From contig JBNGIO010005882.1 in assembly GCA_049999805.1 (NCBI GenBank), forward strand, positions 126,157-190,156: a stretch of 64,000 nucleotides of DNA. Reading direction: 5' to 3'. The notes under the pieces are model-generated. The model was given only the letters and a program-made list of their open reading frames with translations. It had not been told where the DNA came from and searched no databases. Source of the DNA: Folioceros fuciformis (lineage: Eukaryota). This document shows positions 9,714 through 20,690 of this stretch, piece by piece. Every line of letters starts with the position of its first letter. Within the stretch, counting starts at the first letter, position 1. The translations under genes and the position numbers were made by a program.

Positions 9714-10520
9714 ACCTGTGTGTCCACGGCGAGGTACCGCCCGTGGCAGACAACCATCTCTCACTCGCCGTGAGGATCTCACGACGACATCAATCGGATC
9801 TCACGACGACATCAATCGGTGCATCTCTGAAACACTACCAAACCCTAACCCCTGCGACCCCTCATGAGGGTGCATGAACCAAAATAAAAAATGTAGTATG
9901 TGTCTGTATCGGTCCACATGCCCGCTACAATGATGAGAAAAAAAGTCCTTGTACATGGTAGTCCCTCTAATGTGTACAAGTAGGTCCCTTGACGTGACGT
10001 GGTTATGTTCAGTATAGGAATCTGTGGTAGATTCCACGGTATATTCCCAAATGAAATATGTATATTAGAAAAAAGAACATCATTGTCTAGGGTGTGTCCA
10101 AATGCGTATTCCATAGAAACCTTCCTCGCCGAGGAGCACATTGCCTAAAGACCTGACCTTTAAGTGGCTTAGGGCGGATTTTTTAAAGTGGCAAGGCGTC
10201 CACATGTAAAGTGGCAAATCAAACCCGGAACCTTTCGTAGCAGGTCTCCGGTGTCTTTATACGGGACTGAAGACATAAGCCTGGCATTCTTGGCCGGTGC
10301 TCCATTGCTTCGAATCTTGGCCGGTGCTCCGTTGCTTCGAAATGGAGAGTCTGCTGCTACCATTGCTTGGAGGTCTCCTTGCAGTAAATGATTCCTTTAA
10401 TGTCGTTGCTTTGAGGTCTCATCTCTATAATTGTAGGCAACGGTCAACAAATGGTTCTTCCCCACATGATGTAGATGCCCAATTCAAAGAATTAGAGACC
10501 ATGGTGCACTCTTTACCGTC

Positions 10521-10745
10521 TAATATCACTGTGCTTCTAGGTCTGATATCACTGTGCTTCTAAGTCTAATATCATTATCACTGTGCTTCTAGGTCTGATA
10601 TCACTGTGCTTCTAAGTCTAATATCATTGTGCTTCTAGGTCTGATATCACAATGCTTCTAGCTCACCACAGTGCTTCTAGGTATGATATCACAAAGCTTC
10701 TAGCTCACCACAATGCTTCTACATATGATATCACATTGCTTCTTA
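10521..10745. repeat. Degenerate ~23-bp tandem repeat (ATATCACTGTGCTTCTAGGTCTG)
   Basis: About 8-9 visible imperfect copies. Confidence 0.85.
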
Positions 10746-10879
10746 CTCACTTGCAACGTGTCCTACGAATCTCTCACCGCATGCTTCATGGGATGCACTA
10801 CAGTAAGTATTACATTAAGCCGAGAGTAGATGGGCTTTTTCCCTTCACCACAACTTGGTTGCAAGAGAGGATCACTTAG

Positions 10880-11742
10880 GTTTGCTATGTTCTATCGCTT
10901 CAAGCCTGATTCTTTCAATTACTTGTTTTCGCTAGTTACAGTGGACCCCAAACCCACATAAATTCCTAGCTGCCAAAATTATCCCAAGGAGGATTTTACT
11001 AGTTGAGAAGCAAGTTGGAATTGCTCTCCCAAGACTTATAACTGTGAACTCTTACCACACCCTCGGTGAGTTGTTTGGTGTAAGTTTGTCCACGGCCTTT
11101 AATATTTGTTGTATGTTCGTAACTTCTATTTTGCAACATGGCAAACATCACCTACAGCGGCCAATTGCTCCAAGGTTCACAGATATCAAGCAAGGCTTTC
11201 AACTTCAACTTGGATTTGTGAATTGTTGTGGTACAATTGATACCACTCATTTCACCACTGAACTGCTTGTAGGCTCGCTAAGCACGAATTGTTATGGTAG
11301 GTATGACATCTACACCATGGCTATGCAGGCAGTTACAGGTCCCAATAAAGCTTTCCTTGATGTAGTGATTGGGTGACCTGGAAATGCCACACATAGTAGA
11401 ATGTTTGGAGCAATTCGTTGTATGCTGATGCATGTTCAAGCAAATGCCTGAACGGTCCAGTCTTGCAACTTAGTACGAGTGTGGTTCGGGCATACATTGT
11501 GGCGGATGTTGTGTATCCCAACATGCTTTGGGTTGTCACACCATATCCTGGAAGACAGCTATCAGCTCAGTGGGATTCTTTTAATTTCAAGCAGTCCTCC
11601 ACTCGCATGGTAGTGGAGGGAGCCTTTGGTTAACTTAAATGCATCTGGCGTATACTCGGACGAAAAGTATGGAGGGGATCAATTGAATATTTCGCTGAAG
11701 TGACATATGCCTGTTGCATTTTACACAACATACGTCTCTAAT
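10880..11742 (+). mobile_element. PIF/Harbinger (HARBI1-like) DDE transposase pseudogene
   Basis: Motifs VEKQVGIAL, FGVSLSTA, NCCGTIDTTH, MQAV..FLDVVIG*PG, YIVADVVYP, FNFKQSSTRMVVEGAFG*LK, ACCILHNI; in-frame stops at 11374 and 11631 plus a frameshift near 11410. Confidence 0.88.
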
Positions 11743-11908
11743 GTGGTAAGCCTGAGTACTATAGGCTGCATATTAGAGCCTGAGTACTATAGGTTGTTTG
11801 AAGGATATCTTCCCAAGAGAAGAGTGCACATGTAAGGTGAAAGGCACGAAGGAGACAATACTGAAGAATCCTACAAATTGAGAGAAACACTAATGTTGTA
11901 GATGTATG

Positions 11909-14900
11909 CACTACAAGAAATGGGTGGTATATATAATGTTTTCTTGTTTCACTTTTTGTTACAATGGTCGAAAGTGTTACAACAACTAGCTCGATCCTTT
12001 ACCCTAGTCATCTTGTTACGCTCCTTTGTAACACAAAGTTTCTCAATTGATTTCTACATAACTTGAGCTATTCCGAACCCGCTCCCCATATGGCCCCTTC
12101 TTTTGAAACACCCTCAATAGATGGGGATTCGGATTTCAAGCACGGCCCTCAAATACTAAAGCTACGGAAATGTAGTTTATTCTCCTTGTCATTAAAAACT
12201 ATTTACATAATACTTGCAACGATCCGGTCCTAGACAAACCCCACGGTGCACATGCTGAATGAAGGTACTATTACAATCTGTATTATTCCTCCACCACAAG
12301 TGTCATGCCATTGTAGTAACATGTGTGTCTAGTACTAGTGCCATCAAAAGCAAATTTGCCTTGCACTGCTGCCCTTGAGAAACTCCCCCTCATACACCTC
12401 GACTCTCAATGGATTAAGGAGGGTTGTGATTTGAAACACATATGCATGTGTTCGGCCCGCAAGCAAATTAAACAACAAACCCCCAGCAAGTATGGCTACA
12501 AACCTGTCTTGCTGAAGGTTCGGTGGTTCCAGTGCAATCCAAACAGGAGGTCCATCCTTGTATTAGAGAAACCATCACGGGATTCCACTCTATACATTCT
12601 GGCCGGCATTGCTCTTACATCCCTGATGGAGTCAATACCCCATTCATATGGCCTGAACAAGTAACACAATGTGTCTTAGTACCGGACGCATAAGTAGAGC
12701 ATGGAGGCTGGGTCTTGGCTGTTCCAACACCAGCACAGGCATGGAGAGTGGAAAATGAATGATGTGAATCCGGCATTAATGATCAGATGGGCAAGTGGTG
12801 TGCGTGCTTTTGATTCCTCCCTCAGTTGTAGTTTGGTCAATGTTCAATGACAAACATCGAAACGTGAGTGAGTAGTTTTATTTTCATTGAGAAGAAAGCA
12901 CTTGCTTTTGAAACAGTCGCCTTGCGAAGATGGATATGCCCACGGGGATACATCCCCTTCATTTTGTGCATGCCATACATGGGTAGGCATGATTACCGGC
13001 CACGTTTTGTGCATGTGAAGTTGACTTGGTTTGAAAGTGGTGCTTGCTTATCTAATTTGTGGTCTCATTATCTACAAGTAAAAAATGATGGCCTAATTAT
13101 AATAGATTCCTCTACATGGCATGCATGCAAGACCTCTGATCTTCGCGAAGTTAAATTTGGCTCTAACTACATGGCAACTTTTTTATTAAGATAAGACGGA
13201 AGTCGAAAGGGCTTGGTGGGCTTGTAAGCTCAACTGCTCTTCATTGAGTGGCATGCATTGTGGCCTCATTATCTACACGTCAAAAATGATGGCCCAATTA
13301 TAATAGATTCCTCTACATGGCATGCATGATCGATCTCCGCGAAGTTAAGTTTGGCTCTAACTACGTGGCAGCTTTTGTGCATTAAGATAAGCCAGAAGGG
13401 CTTGGTGGTAACGGCTTCGCATAGGCTCGACTACCCGTCATTGAGTGGCATGCATTGCAGCCTCATTATCTACACGTAAAAAATGATGGCCTAATTATAA
13501 TAGATTACTCTACATGGCATGCATGCAGTACCTCGATATCTGCAAAGTTAAGTTTGACTCTAACTACATGGCATCTCTAAGTTTGACTCTAACTACATGG
13601 CATCTCTAAGTTTGACTCTAACTACATGGCATCTCTGTGCATAGTGATAATCCTTAAGGGTGCGGTGGTGAGAGCTTGGCTGAGGCTTGACTGTCACTCC
13701 TTCAGTGGCTCCTTGTTGCAGGACGATCTCGACCTCGAATTTGGATTTGCATGAACTTGCCAAACCTCTACGCCAACTCTCTCATCATGGATGCGTTTCA
13801 TCTCGGTTTTCATTTGCAGTGAGATGCATAGGAACTTCAAGCCATCCAAGGAATCTTTGGCTGCAAAGGCCCGCCTTCAAAAAGCGAATGATGAAGAACC
13901 CAATCCATGGGGCCAATTTGGCCGTGCAGGTTGGGTTCACATTTAGGGAAAGATTTGGAAGGGACCCTTCGGACGTAGAAGCTCAGTTTGGTTGCCCAAG
14001 GCCACTCTCAACCATGGAAGAGCTTTGGGAAGTGCAGAAGAAGGGCCAATCTGTCCCACAATTCATCCATGCTCTTTGATCTCAGATAAAAAGACAATGC
14101 ATGGCGAGCAAGCAGACAGCCACACCTCGTACATGTATGTCCATTCCTCCAACTGTTAACAATGAGGTGGATGTGGTGGCAATGGACCTGGAGCCAGAGG
14201 TAGGTGGTGAGAATGAGGAGCTAAGGAGTGAAGGACATGAAGACCACTTACGTGAAGATGCAAACCATGAAGAAGTGGTGGAAATAGACAGTGATGATTT
14301 ACAGCCCGAGCGGCCAAGGTGCGGAAGGGAAAGAAAATCTCACATCTATGGGGACAAATTCATGGAAAATCCAACTGAAGGTAGAATGACACGAGTGAGG
14401 GCTGCTGCAGTCGCAGTCGTCGACCCCAGCTTAAAGCAGAAGAAGATCGAAAGGAAATCGAGAGTTGGGTATAGCAAGAAGAAGGTATGTTTAAACGGTG
14501 TACTCCAATTTAGCAATGACGAATCATGTTTCCTTACTAGTGTTTTCTTGTAGGTGGCAAAAGAGCCTGTTGAAAGTGAATCAAGTAAGGAGGCAAGTGA
14601 GGAGGAGCAAGGCCCCGAAGAGCCTATAGTTAGTGCTGAACTTCAGAGGCGTTCGTAGAAACCTTCAAAACCCTCCAAACCCACGCGGCAAAAGACAAAA
14701 AAAGTGAGATGTTGCAAATCCGTTATGAGCGACAAGGCGATCAAGTATGCATCTCGTGAATATGACTAAGGAGAAAAGCAAAAAGCGAACCCCTCCAACC
14801 ATCATACGGCGAGTGTGGTGGGGAAAGTAGGAGGAACACAGGCCATGAAAGTATGTAGGAGGAACATAGGCCAAGAATTTTGGAGGAACATGGGCCATGA

Positions 14901-15670
14901 ATTTTGGAGACACGAGCAACACTAGATCTTTGTGTATACATACCATGATGTTTATATGTTTATACGTCTTTTCTCGTGTACAACATATGTAGACTATACC
15001 ACTGGTCTGTAACATTAATGTGGCATTGATAAAATATAATGACACGTAGCGGCGTAGTCAAGAGGCCCAAACAGTTTTTATGGCATCTTGGGTCCAAACA
15101 ATATTAATGGCATGGTATCCCAATAGCATTAATGGCATGGTGTCATATATTGTGTGAAATGAATAGCCGCCAGACTTAGTATATGTACATCTATTATGTG
15201 GCATTAATAAAATATAGTGACCGGAGCCCAATCAGTATTCATGGCATCTTGGGCCCAAACCGAATTAATGGTATAGCATTAATGGCATGGTGTCCTAGTG
15301 AAATGCGTAGCCCATCCTTTCTCATATACAGCATATGTAGATTCAGTATACCGTATACCGCTATTATGTGGCATTAATAAAATATAGTGACACGGAGCCC
15401 AATAGTCTTATCAGTATTCATGCCATCGCCCAAATAGTATTAAAGGCATGGTGTCCCATGATGTGTGAATGTGTGTAGCTCGAGGTGTAGTATAGCAGGC
15501 CCACAAGGGGCCATAATGCAAACCATACCAAACACGTAAGCAAAGAAACCCTGACAACTAACCCCATGACAACGGTTAGTTGTCACGATGTTAGAGTTAC
15601 AATTTTTGTTACAATATCTTGGCTCGATATCACCGAACCTAACTGTACACAAATGTGTTACAAATAACCC
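11909..15670 (+). mobile_element. CACTA (En/Spm) transposon remnant: left TIR, DUF4216-like transposase C-terminus and a degenerate second spliced ORF
   Basis: CACTACAAGAAA at 11909. Frameshifted peptides YGYKPVLLKVRWF and TPFIWPEQVTQCVLVPDA*..GGWVLAVP at ~12490-12740 resemble the CACTA DUF4216 region. GTTACAA-rich motifs near 11960 and 15590-15665. Right TIR not found, so the right boundary is approximate. Confidence 0.6.
13060..13636. repeat. Three ~200-bp tandem repeats followed by three 29-bp repeats (TAAGTTTGACTCTAACTACATGGCATCTC)
   Basis: CTCATTATCTACAxGTxAAAAATGATGGCC recurs at ~13065, ~13265 and ~13462. Confidence 0.85.
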
Positions 15671-15673
15671 CTA

Positions 15674-16910
15674 CCGTTGATTAAATATCTAGATGCCTAC
15701 GTTGACTAGATAGATATCTAGATGCCTATGTTAACTAGATAGATATCTAGATGCCTACGTTGACTAGATAGATTTCTAGATGCCTATGTTGACTAGATAG
15801 ATATATAGATGCTTATGTTGACTAGATAGATATCTAGATGCCTACGTTGATTAAATATCTAGATGCCTACGTTGATTAGATATCTACATGCCTATGTTGA
15901 TTAGATATGTACGTGCCTCCGTGGATCTACGTGCCTACGTTGATTACTGTTAAGCATGATTAATGTTGAGATTAATTAGTGCTAATCCAGCTTATTGAGT
16001 TTGTACTAATTAGTGGTAAGAGTGATTAAGGTTATGAACTAATTAGTGGTAAGAGTGATTAAGGTTATGATTAATATATATATATATAGCTTATTAGACT
16101 TTACTATGTTAGGCAAAAGAAGTATTGTAGGGTTTGGGGTCATTTATCCCATATTGGGCACGAAATGAGAGTGCCACCCATAGGTCCATAAAAGAAGGGA
16201 TGAACCCACTTAGTATATGTAGTCTAACTCCCTCTTCACTTGTATTGTGTTGTTTTTGTAATTCTCCTTTTTATTTGAGTTTAAGAGCCTTGTTATAGTG
16301 CTCTTAGTTTTGGGATTCTGCATCTTGCTTCAACTAACTTGTTTTAACCTCCTTTGAGCATGGCGGGGGTGACATCTCAACAATTACATATCTACGTGCC
16401 TACGGTGATTGGATATCTACGTGCCTACGTTGATTGGATATCTACGTGCCTACGTTGATTGGATATCTACGTGCCTACGCTGATTGGATATTTACGTGCC
16501 TACGTTGATTGGAGGTGACATCTCAACAATTACATATCTACGTGCCTACGCTGATTGGATATCTACGTGCCTACGTTGATTGGATATCTACGTGCCTACG
16601 TTGATTGGATATCTACATGCCTACGTTGATTGGATATCTACGTACCTACGTTGATTACATCTCTACGTGCCCACGTTGATTACATGTCTACGTGCCTACG
16701 TTGATTAGATATCTACGTGCCTACATCGATTAGATATCTACGTGCTTACGTTGATTAGATATCTACATGCCTAAATTGATTAGATATCTACGTGCCTACG
16801 TTGATTAGATATCTCTACATGCCTACGTTGATTAGATATCTACATGCCTACTTCGATTAGATATCTACCTGCCTACGTTGATTAGATATCTACATGCCTA
16901 CATTGATTAG
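15674..16910. repeat. Minisatellite of 26/30-bp units (TAGATATCTACGTGCCTACGTTGAT) interrupted by a solo LTR
   Basis: About 30 visible copies in two blocks, 15674-15947 and 16383-16910. Confidence 0.93.
15948..16382. mobile_element. Solo LTR (435 bp) with 5-bp target-site duplication ATTAC
   Basis: Begins TGTTAAG and ends CTCAACA (TG...CA, imperfect inverted ends); ATTAC at 15943-15947 and 16383-16387. Confidence 0.88.
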
Positions 16911-18199
16911 GTTGAACAAATTCTATGTGTTTTCTATCATGACTAGTGTCAACAATTGCCAATGCCTCAACTAAGGCCTAGTTGTTACTCCTCAAAGTAG
17001 AGGTGTGTAGAGGGAAAGTCATTAGAAGGTGTTCTCTCTGAGAATTATCCCGCCTGGCGTGTGTACAAAGAGGCCTGTTGGTGCCTCTTTAATCAGCAAA
17101 TGTTGGAGACTCATCCCAGTCGAGATCCCTGTGTTGTCTATGGTTAGATTGGAGATGTCTAGGTGGGCAATGTGTGCGTGATGTTCCTAGGGGTGGTCGA
17201 GAGCTTTTGCTCCGCAGCTTGTGGTGAGGGGGACAAATCAACAAATTCTCTGATTATTGGAAGATCACCTTCCCTTATTCCCTAAATTGCTAGTTGTGTT
17301 TTGCGGCGAGTAGTGAGGGGGATGAATCTCCCAATTGCACGGAGTGGAAGGAGAACTTCTCTTTCCCTTATTCCATGAACGACTGACTGTGGTCCGTAGT
17401 TGAGGTGAGGGGAATGAATCCGCCAGTTGCGCGGAGTGGAAGGGGAACTTCTTCTTCCCTTATTCCCTGAATCGTTGGCTGCGTTTCGAATCTGGTGTTG
17501 AAGAGAGTGTGTGAGAACACGAGGTGTTGAAGAGAGTGTGTGAGGAGATGGAGTGTTGAAGAGAGTGTGTGAGGAGACGGAGTGTTGAAGTGTGGGTAAA
17601 GGAGTGAGTGTGTAAGAAGGAGAAGGGTGAAAGAGTAAGTGTGTGAGAGGAAGACTGACTGGGCCCGTAGTTGAGGAGAGGGGGATGAATCTGCTAGCTG
17701 CGTGGAGTGGAATAAGGGTTCTCTTTCCTTTATTCCCTGAACTATTGGCTGCGTTTCAAATTTGGTGAGGAAACGTAAGATGAGAGGTTGAAGAGAATTG
17801 CTGAGGAAATTGCTGGGTGAGTGTGGAAGATTGTTGAAGTTTGTGGGAATTGCTGAGAGATTGTTGGGCATTTGCGGATATTGCTTGAGGAGTGAAGACA
17901 CTCGGGGAACAGACCTGTACGGAATAGGTGTACACCAGAGTTAAGGTGTGCTTTGCATGTGTGGGGAGTGTTGCAAGTGCATGTCGGGGGAGCGTGGTTG
18001 ATCAAGAGGGTCTTATTTCCTAAGGATTGGCATGTGCTTTTGAGAATGTAGCTTTTGAAAATGATATTCGAAGGGGGTAGTACCCTTTTGGCCTTTAGCT
18101 AGCTCGGGTTGTTCCTGCAACCTTTGGAGTAGATGGGACTTTCCATCTCTTTTTCAATAATAGTAAATATTACTTTGGTAAATATTAGAACGAAAGATG

Positions 18200-18600
18200 T
18201 TAGTATACGCTACAACATTCTATGCACAAAGAAAGATTTTTAATATATTAAGATATGGTTATTACAAAATGCACAAAAAAAAGAGTGTTTAGTATATTAA
18301 GAATGAGTTATTTGACGTGCCCTCAAAAAGGATACGAGTTAGCATACGCTACAATGTTGTTGGGTTTTGGTGGTGTTTATATATAGAACGCTATTTATTA
18401 TGTTTATATATAGAATGTTATCTATTATGTTTATATATAGAATGCTATCTATTATGTTTATATATAGAATGCTATTTATTATGATAGAGTTGGCATATGC
18501 TATTATATTCTATATATAATATGAAAAAAAATACTTAATGTATGAAAACACAAGTTGGCATACGTTACAACATTCTATGTATAAAGAAAAATAGTTAATA
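18200..18600. repeat. AT-rich repeats (27-bp TATTATGTTTATATATAGAATGCTATx units and dispersed GTTGGCATACGCTACAACATTCTAT)
   Basis: Visible imperfect copies. Confidence 0.7.
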
Positions 18601-18756
18601 TATATTATATATATAAATTAAATATAATTTAGGGTTTAGGATTTGGGTTATCACGTGCATGCCTAAGATACTCCAACAGGTTACTTAGGTCAACCTTTTC
18701 ATGTGGTTTGGAATCACCTGAGATGTGGTCCTTACAGTGATGCAATATGACCCCCT

Positions 18757-19773
18757 TTACTGTGATCCCTCGTTTGGAAATGGGTTAGGATGACTCTTTT
18801 TTGAGTTTGGGTTAGAAACACCTATGTATTCTTCCGATGGGTTTGAGTCAGACATACCTATGTCTTCTTCCGATGTGTACTCTTCTTTTGCCGAGGGGTA
18901 TATCTTCCTCATTTGTGCTCTAAAAAGAACTAAATTATGCTCGTGATCATCTTCCGACATTGGGCCTATGACTCCTCTTCTAACAAACCATTCATGCTCC
19001 TTTATCTCTGGGATGGTGATGCGCAAATTTGGATCAGGGTGTAGCAATTTTAACAATAGATCAACACATACAGGAGATACTCTTTCGATATCGTAAAATG
19101 CATCCTCGTTAAGTTCAATGCCATAAGGACCATTTCTTGTAAAAAGTAGACTTCCACTTAGCATCTTAAACAAGGTTATTCCAGCAGCCCATACATCGCA
19201 TGGCCCTCCCCTATGGTCCACTTTTGCAAAATTCTCAGGAGCCATGTACTCGCGTGTGCCACTATTGTAGTTGAAAAGAGAATTTGGAGTACCTGAGCAG
19301 GAAAGTCCAAAATCTGCAATTTTCAAAACTCCATTTTTATCCAAAAGTAAGTTCTCCGGTTTGATATCAAAGTGAAAAATGCCATTCCGGTGACAATACT
19401 CCAATCCAGAAATGAGGTCATGAAAATAACCAGCAGCACATGTTTCAATGAAAAAATTGCTCTTTTGAAGATGGCTTTGCAATGAACCTTCTTCTGCAAG
19501 TTCTTGAACCATGTATACATCGACGCCCAAGCGATACAAGTCCAGTGATTTGATTACATTAGGATGATCCAAGTACTTTGTAACTTGGAATTCGAACTCT
19601 ATTTCCGTCATCTCGTTGTTGGCCGCAAAGTCGAAGATCTTGACGGCAACGAGCTTTTCTGAATTGATGTCTTTTCCTAGAAAAACTTTCGCAAAAGAAC
19701 CTCGCCCCAAAAAACTGTCATGTAAAACCTCATAATGGGCCAGCTTTGTGATGTTCTTTGGCAACGAAGCCAT
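18757..19773 (-). CDS. Intronless Ser/Thr protein kinase, CIPK/SnRK(CAMK)-like catalytic domain, non-RD, no NAF domain
   Basis: LGRGSFAKV, VAVK, HPNVI, HFDIKPENLLLD, IADFGLS, GTREYMAPE, DVWAAG, PDPNLRITIPEIKEHEWF; first ATG at 19773. Confidence 0.85.
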   Translation of the reverse strand: MASLPKNITKLAHYEVLHDSFLGRGSFAKVFLGKDINSEKLVAVKIFDFAANNEMTEIEFEFQVTKYLDHPNVIKSLDLYRLGVDVYMVQELAEEGSLQSHLQKSNFFIETCAAGYFHDLISGLEYCHRNGIFHFDIKPENLLLDKNGVLKIADFGLSCSGTPNSLFNYNSGTREYMAPENFAKVDHRGGPCDVWAAGITLFKMLSGSLLFTRNGPYGIELNEDAFYDIERVSPVCVDLLLKLLHPDPNLRITIPEIKEHEWFVRRGVIGPMSEDDHEHNLVLFRAQMRKIYPSAKEEYTSEEDIGMSDSNPSEEYIGVSNPNSKKSHPNPFPNEGSQ

Positions 19774-20690
19774 TGCGATTATGGAGTAGAGTAGTTGAAG
19801 CACAAACCAATCTTAAGACACAACTCCGAATCCCTAAACCTTAATCCCAATAATCTCTATGACAATCGCTCTTCTCTCAATATCAATTCGTTGTTGCCTT
19901 GCCTTCAAGACAAAACATGAAACCAATGATCTTGATCTAATTAACTTGATGTTGTTGTCGAGCAATGTTGGCCTTCAAGGTTTAGACTTCTATTGATGTC
20001 ACCCGTTTCTTGATGAACTAGCAAAAATTGAAGGATGAAGTGAGGCAAAGAGGAGGATGAAGTGAACCCAAGAGAAGGAGCTTGTCGAGCTCTCCTTGGT
20101 TGGGTATATACGAATGAATATTTGGTTCTCTCCAACCCATTAAATAGTAAAGAAAGTGTCATAATTTTTACTTTCTATTTTAAGATTACTATGTTTGTTT
20201 ACGTTCATTTTAGAACTATGTACTTTTGGTTTACATTTATTCTATTTTAGGACTATTTCTATTTCTAGAACGAGTTTTCTTGTGGAAGGCATTGTCCTTC
20301 TTCTTTTTTTTTGTTTTCTTACTTTCATCTCAAGAGATGATTCTTGGGTAAACTTGACATTTATGTAAACACATATTTGTGACCGAGAATTTTTGAGGCC
20401 TGGCTCAAGGTTACTAAACCCAAAGTGTATACGAGCGAGCGATTATTTTACCAGGGGATGGGATGTTTCCCGTCCATAGGCGTGGATCAAAGTTGGTCGC
20501 GTGGGGCAAGTTGGACAGAGAAGTCTAATATTTATTCAAGTAGGAAAATTGAAAAACAAACATGCGAAATTGGGACTTCGCGTCAGTCCGATTTGGAGTG
20601 GCCGACTGAATTCACGGACACCCTACACGTCAAGAGCTGACGTTCCGAACCGGAGGCTTAAACCTCTGCAGAACCCACGGCTGGCTCGCC

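Noticed and set aside
10169-10200. TTA-GGGCGG as a Harbinger TIR with TSD
   Set aside because: No matching inverted copy found downstream of the transposase
14543-14556. TTTTCTTGTAGGTG as the right TIR of the CACTA element
   Set aside because: Has an extra G, is not followed by the ATG TSD, and fits an intron acceptor with coding-like sequence continuing after it
17368-17901. 177-aa minus-strand ORF
   Set aside because: Made of low-complexity GAGTGTGT/GTTGAAG repeats and local duplications; no domain signal
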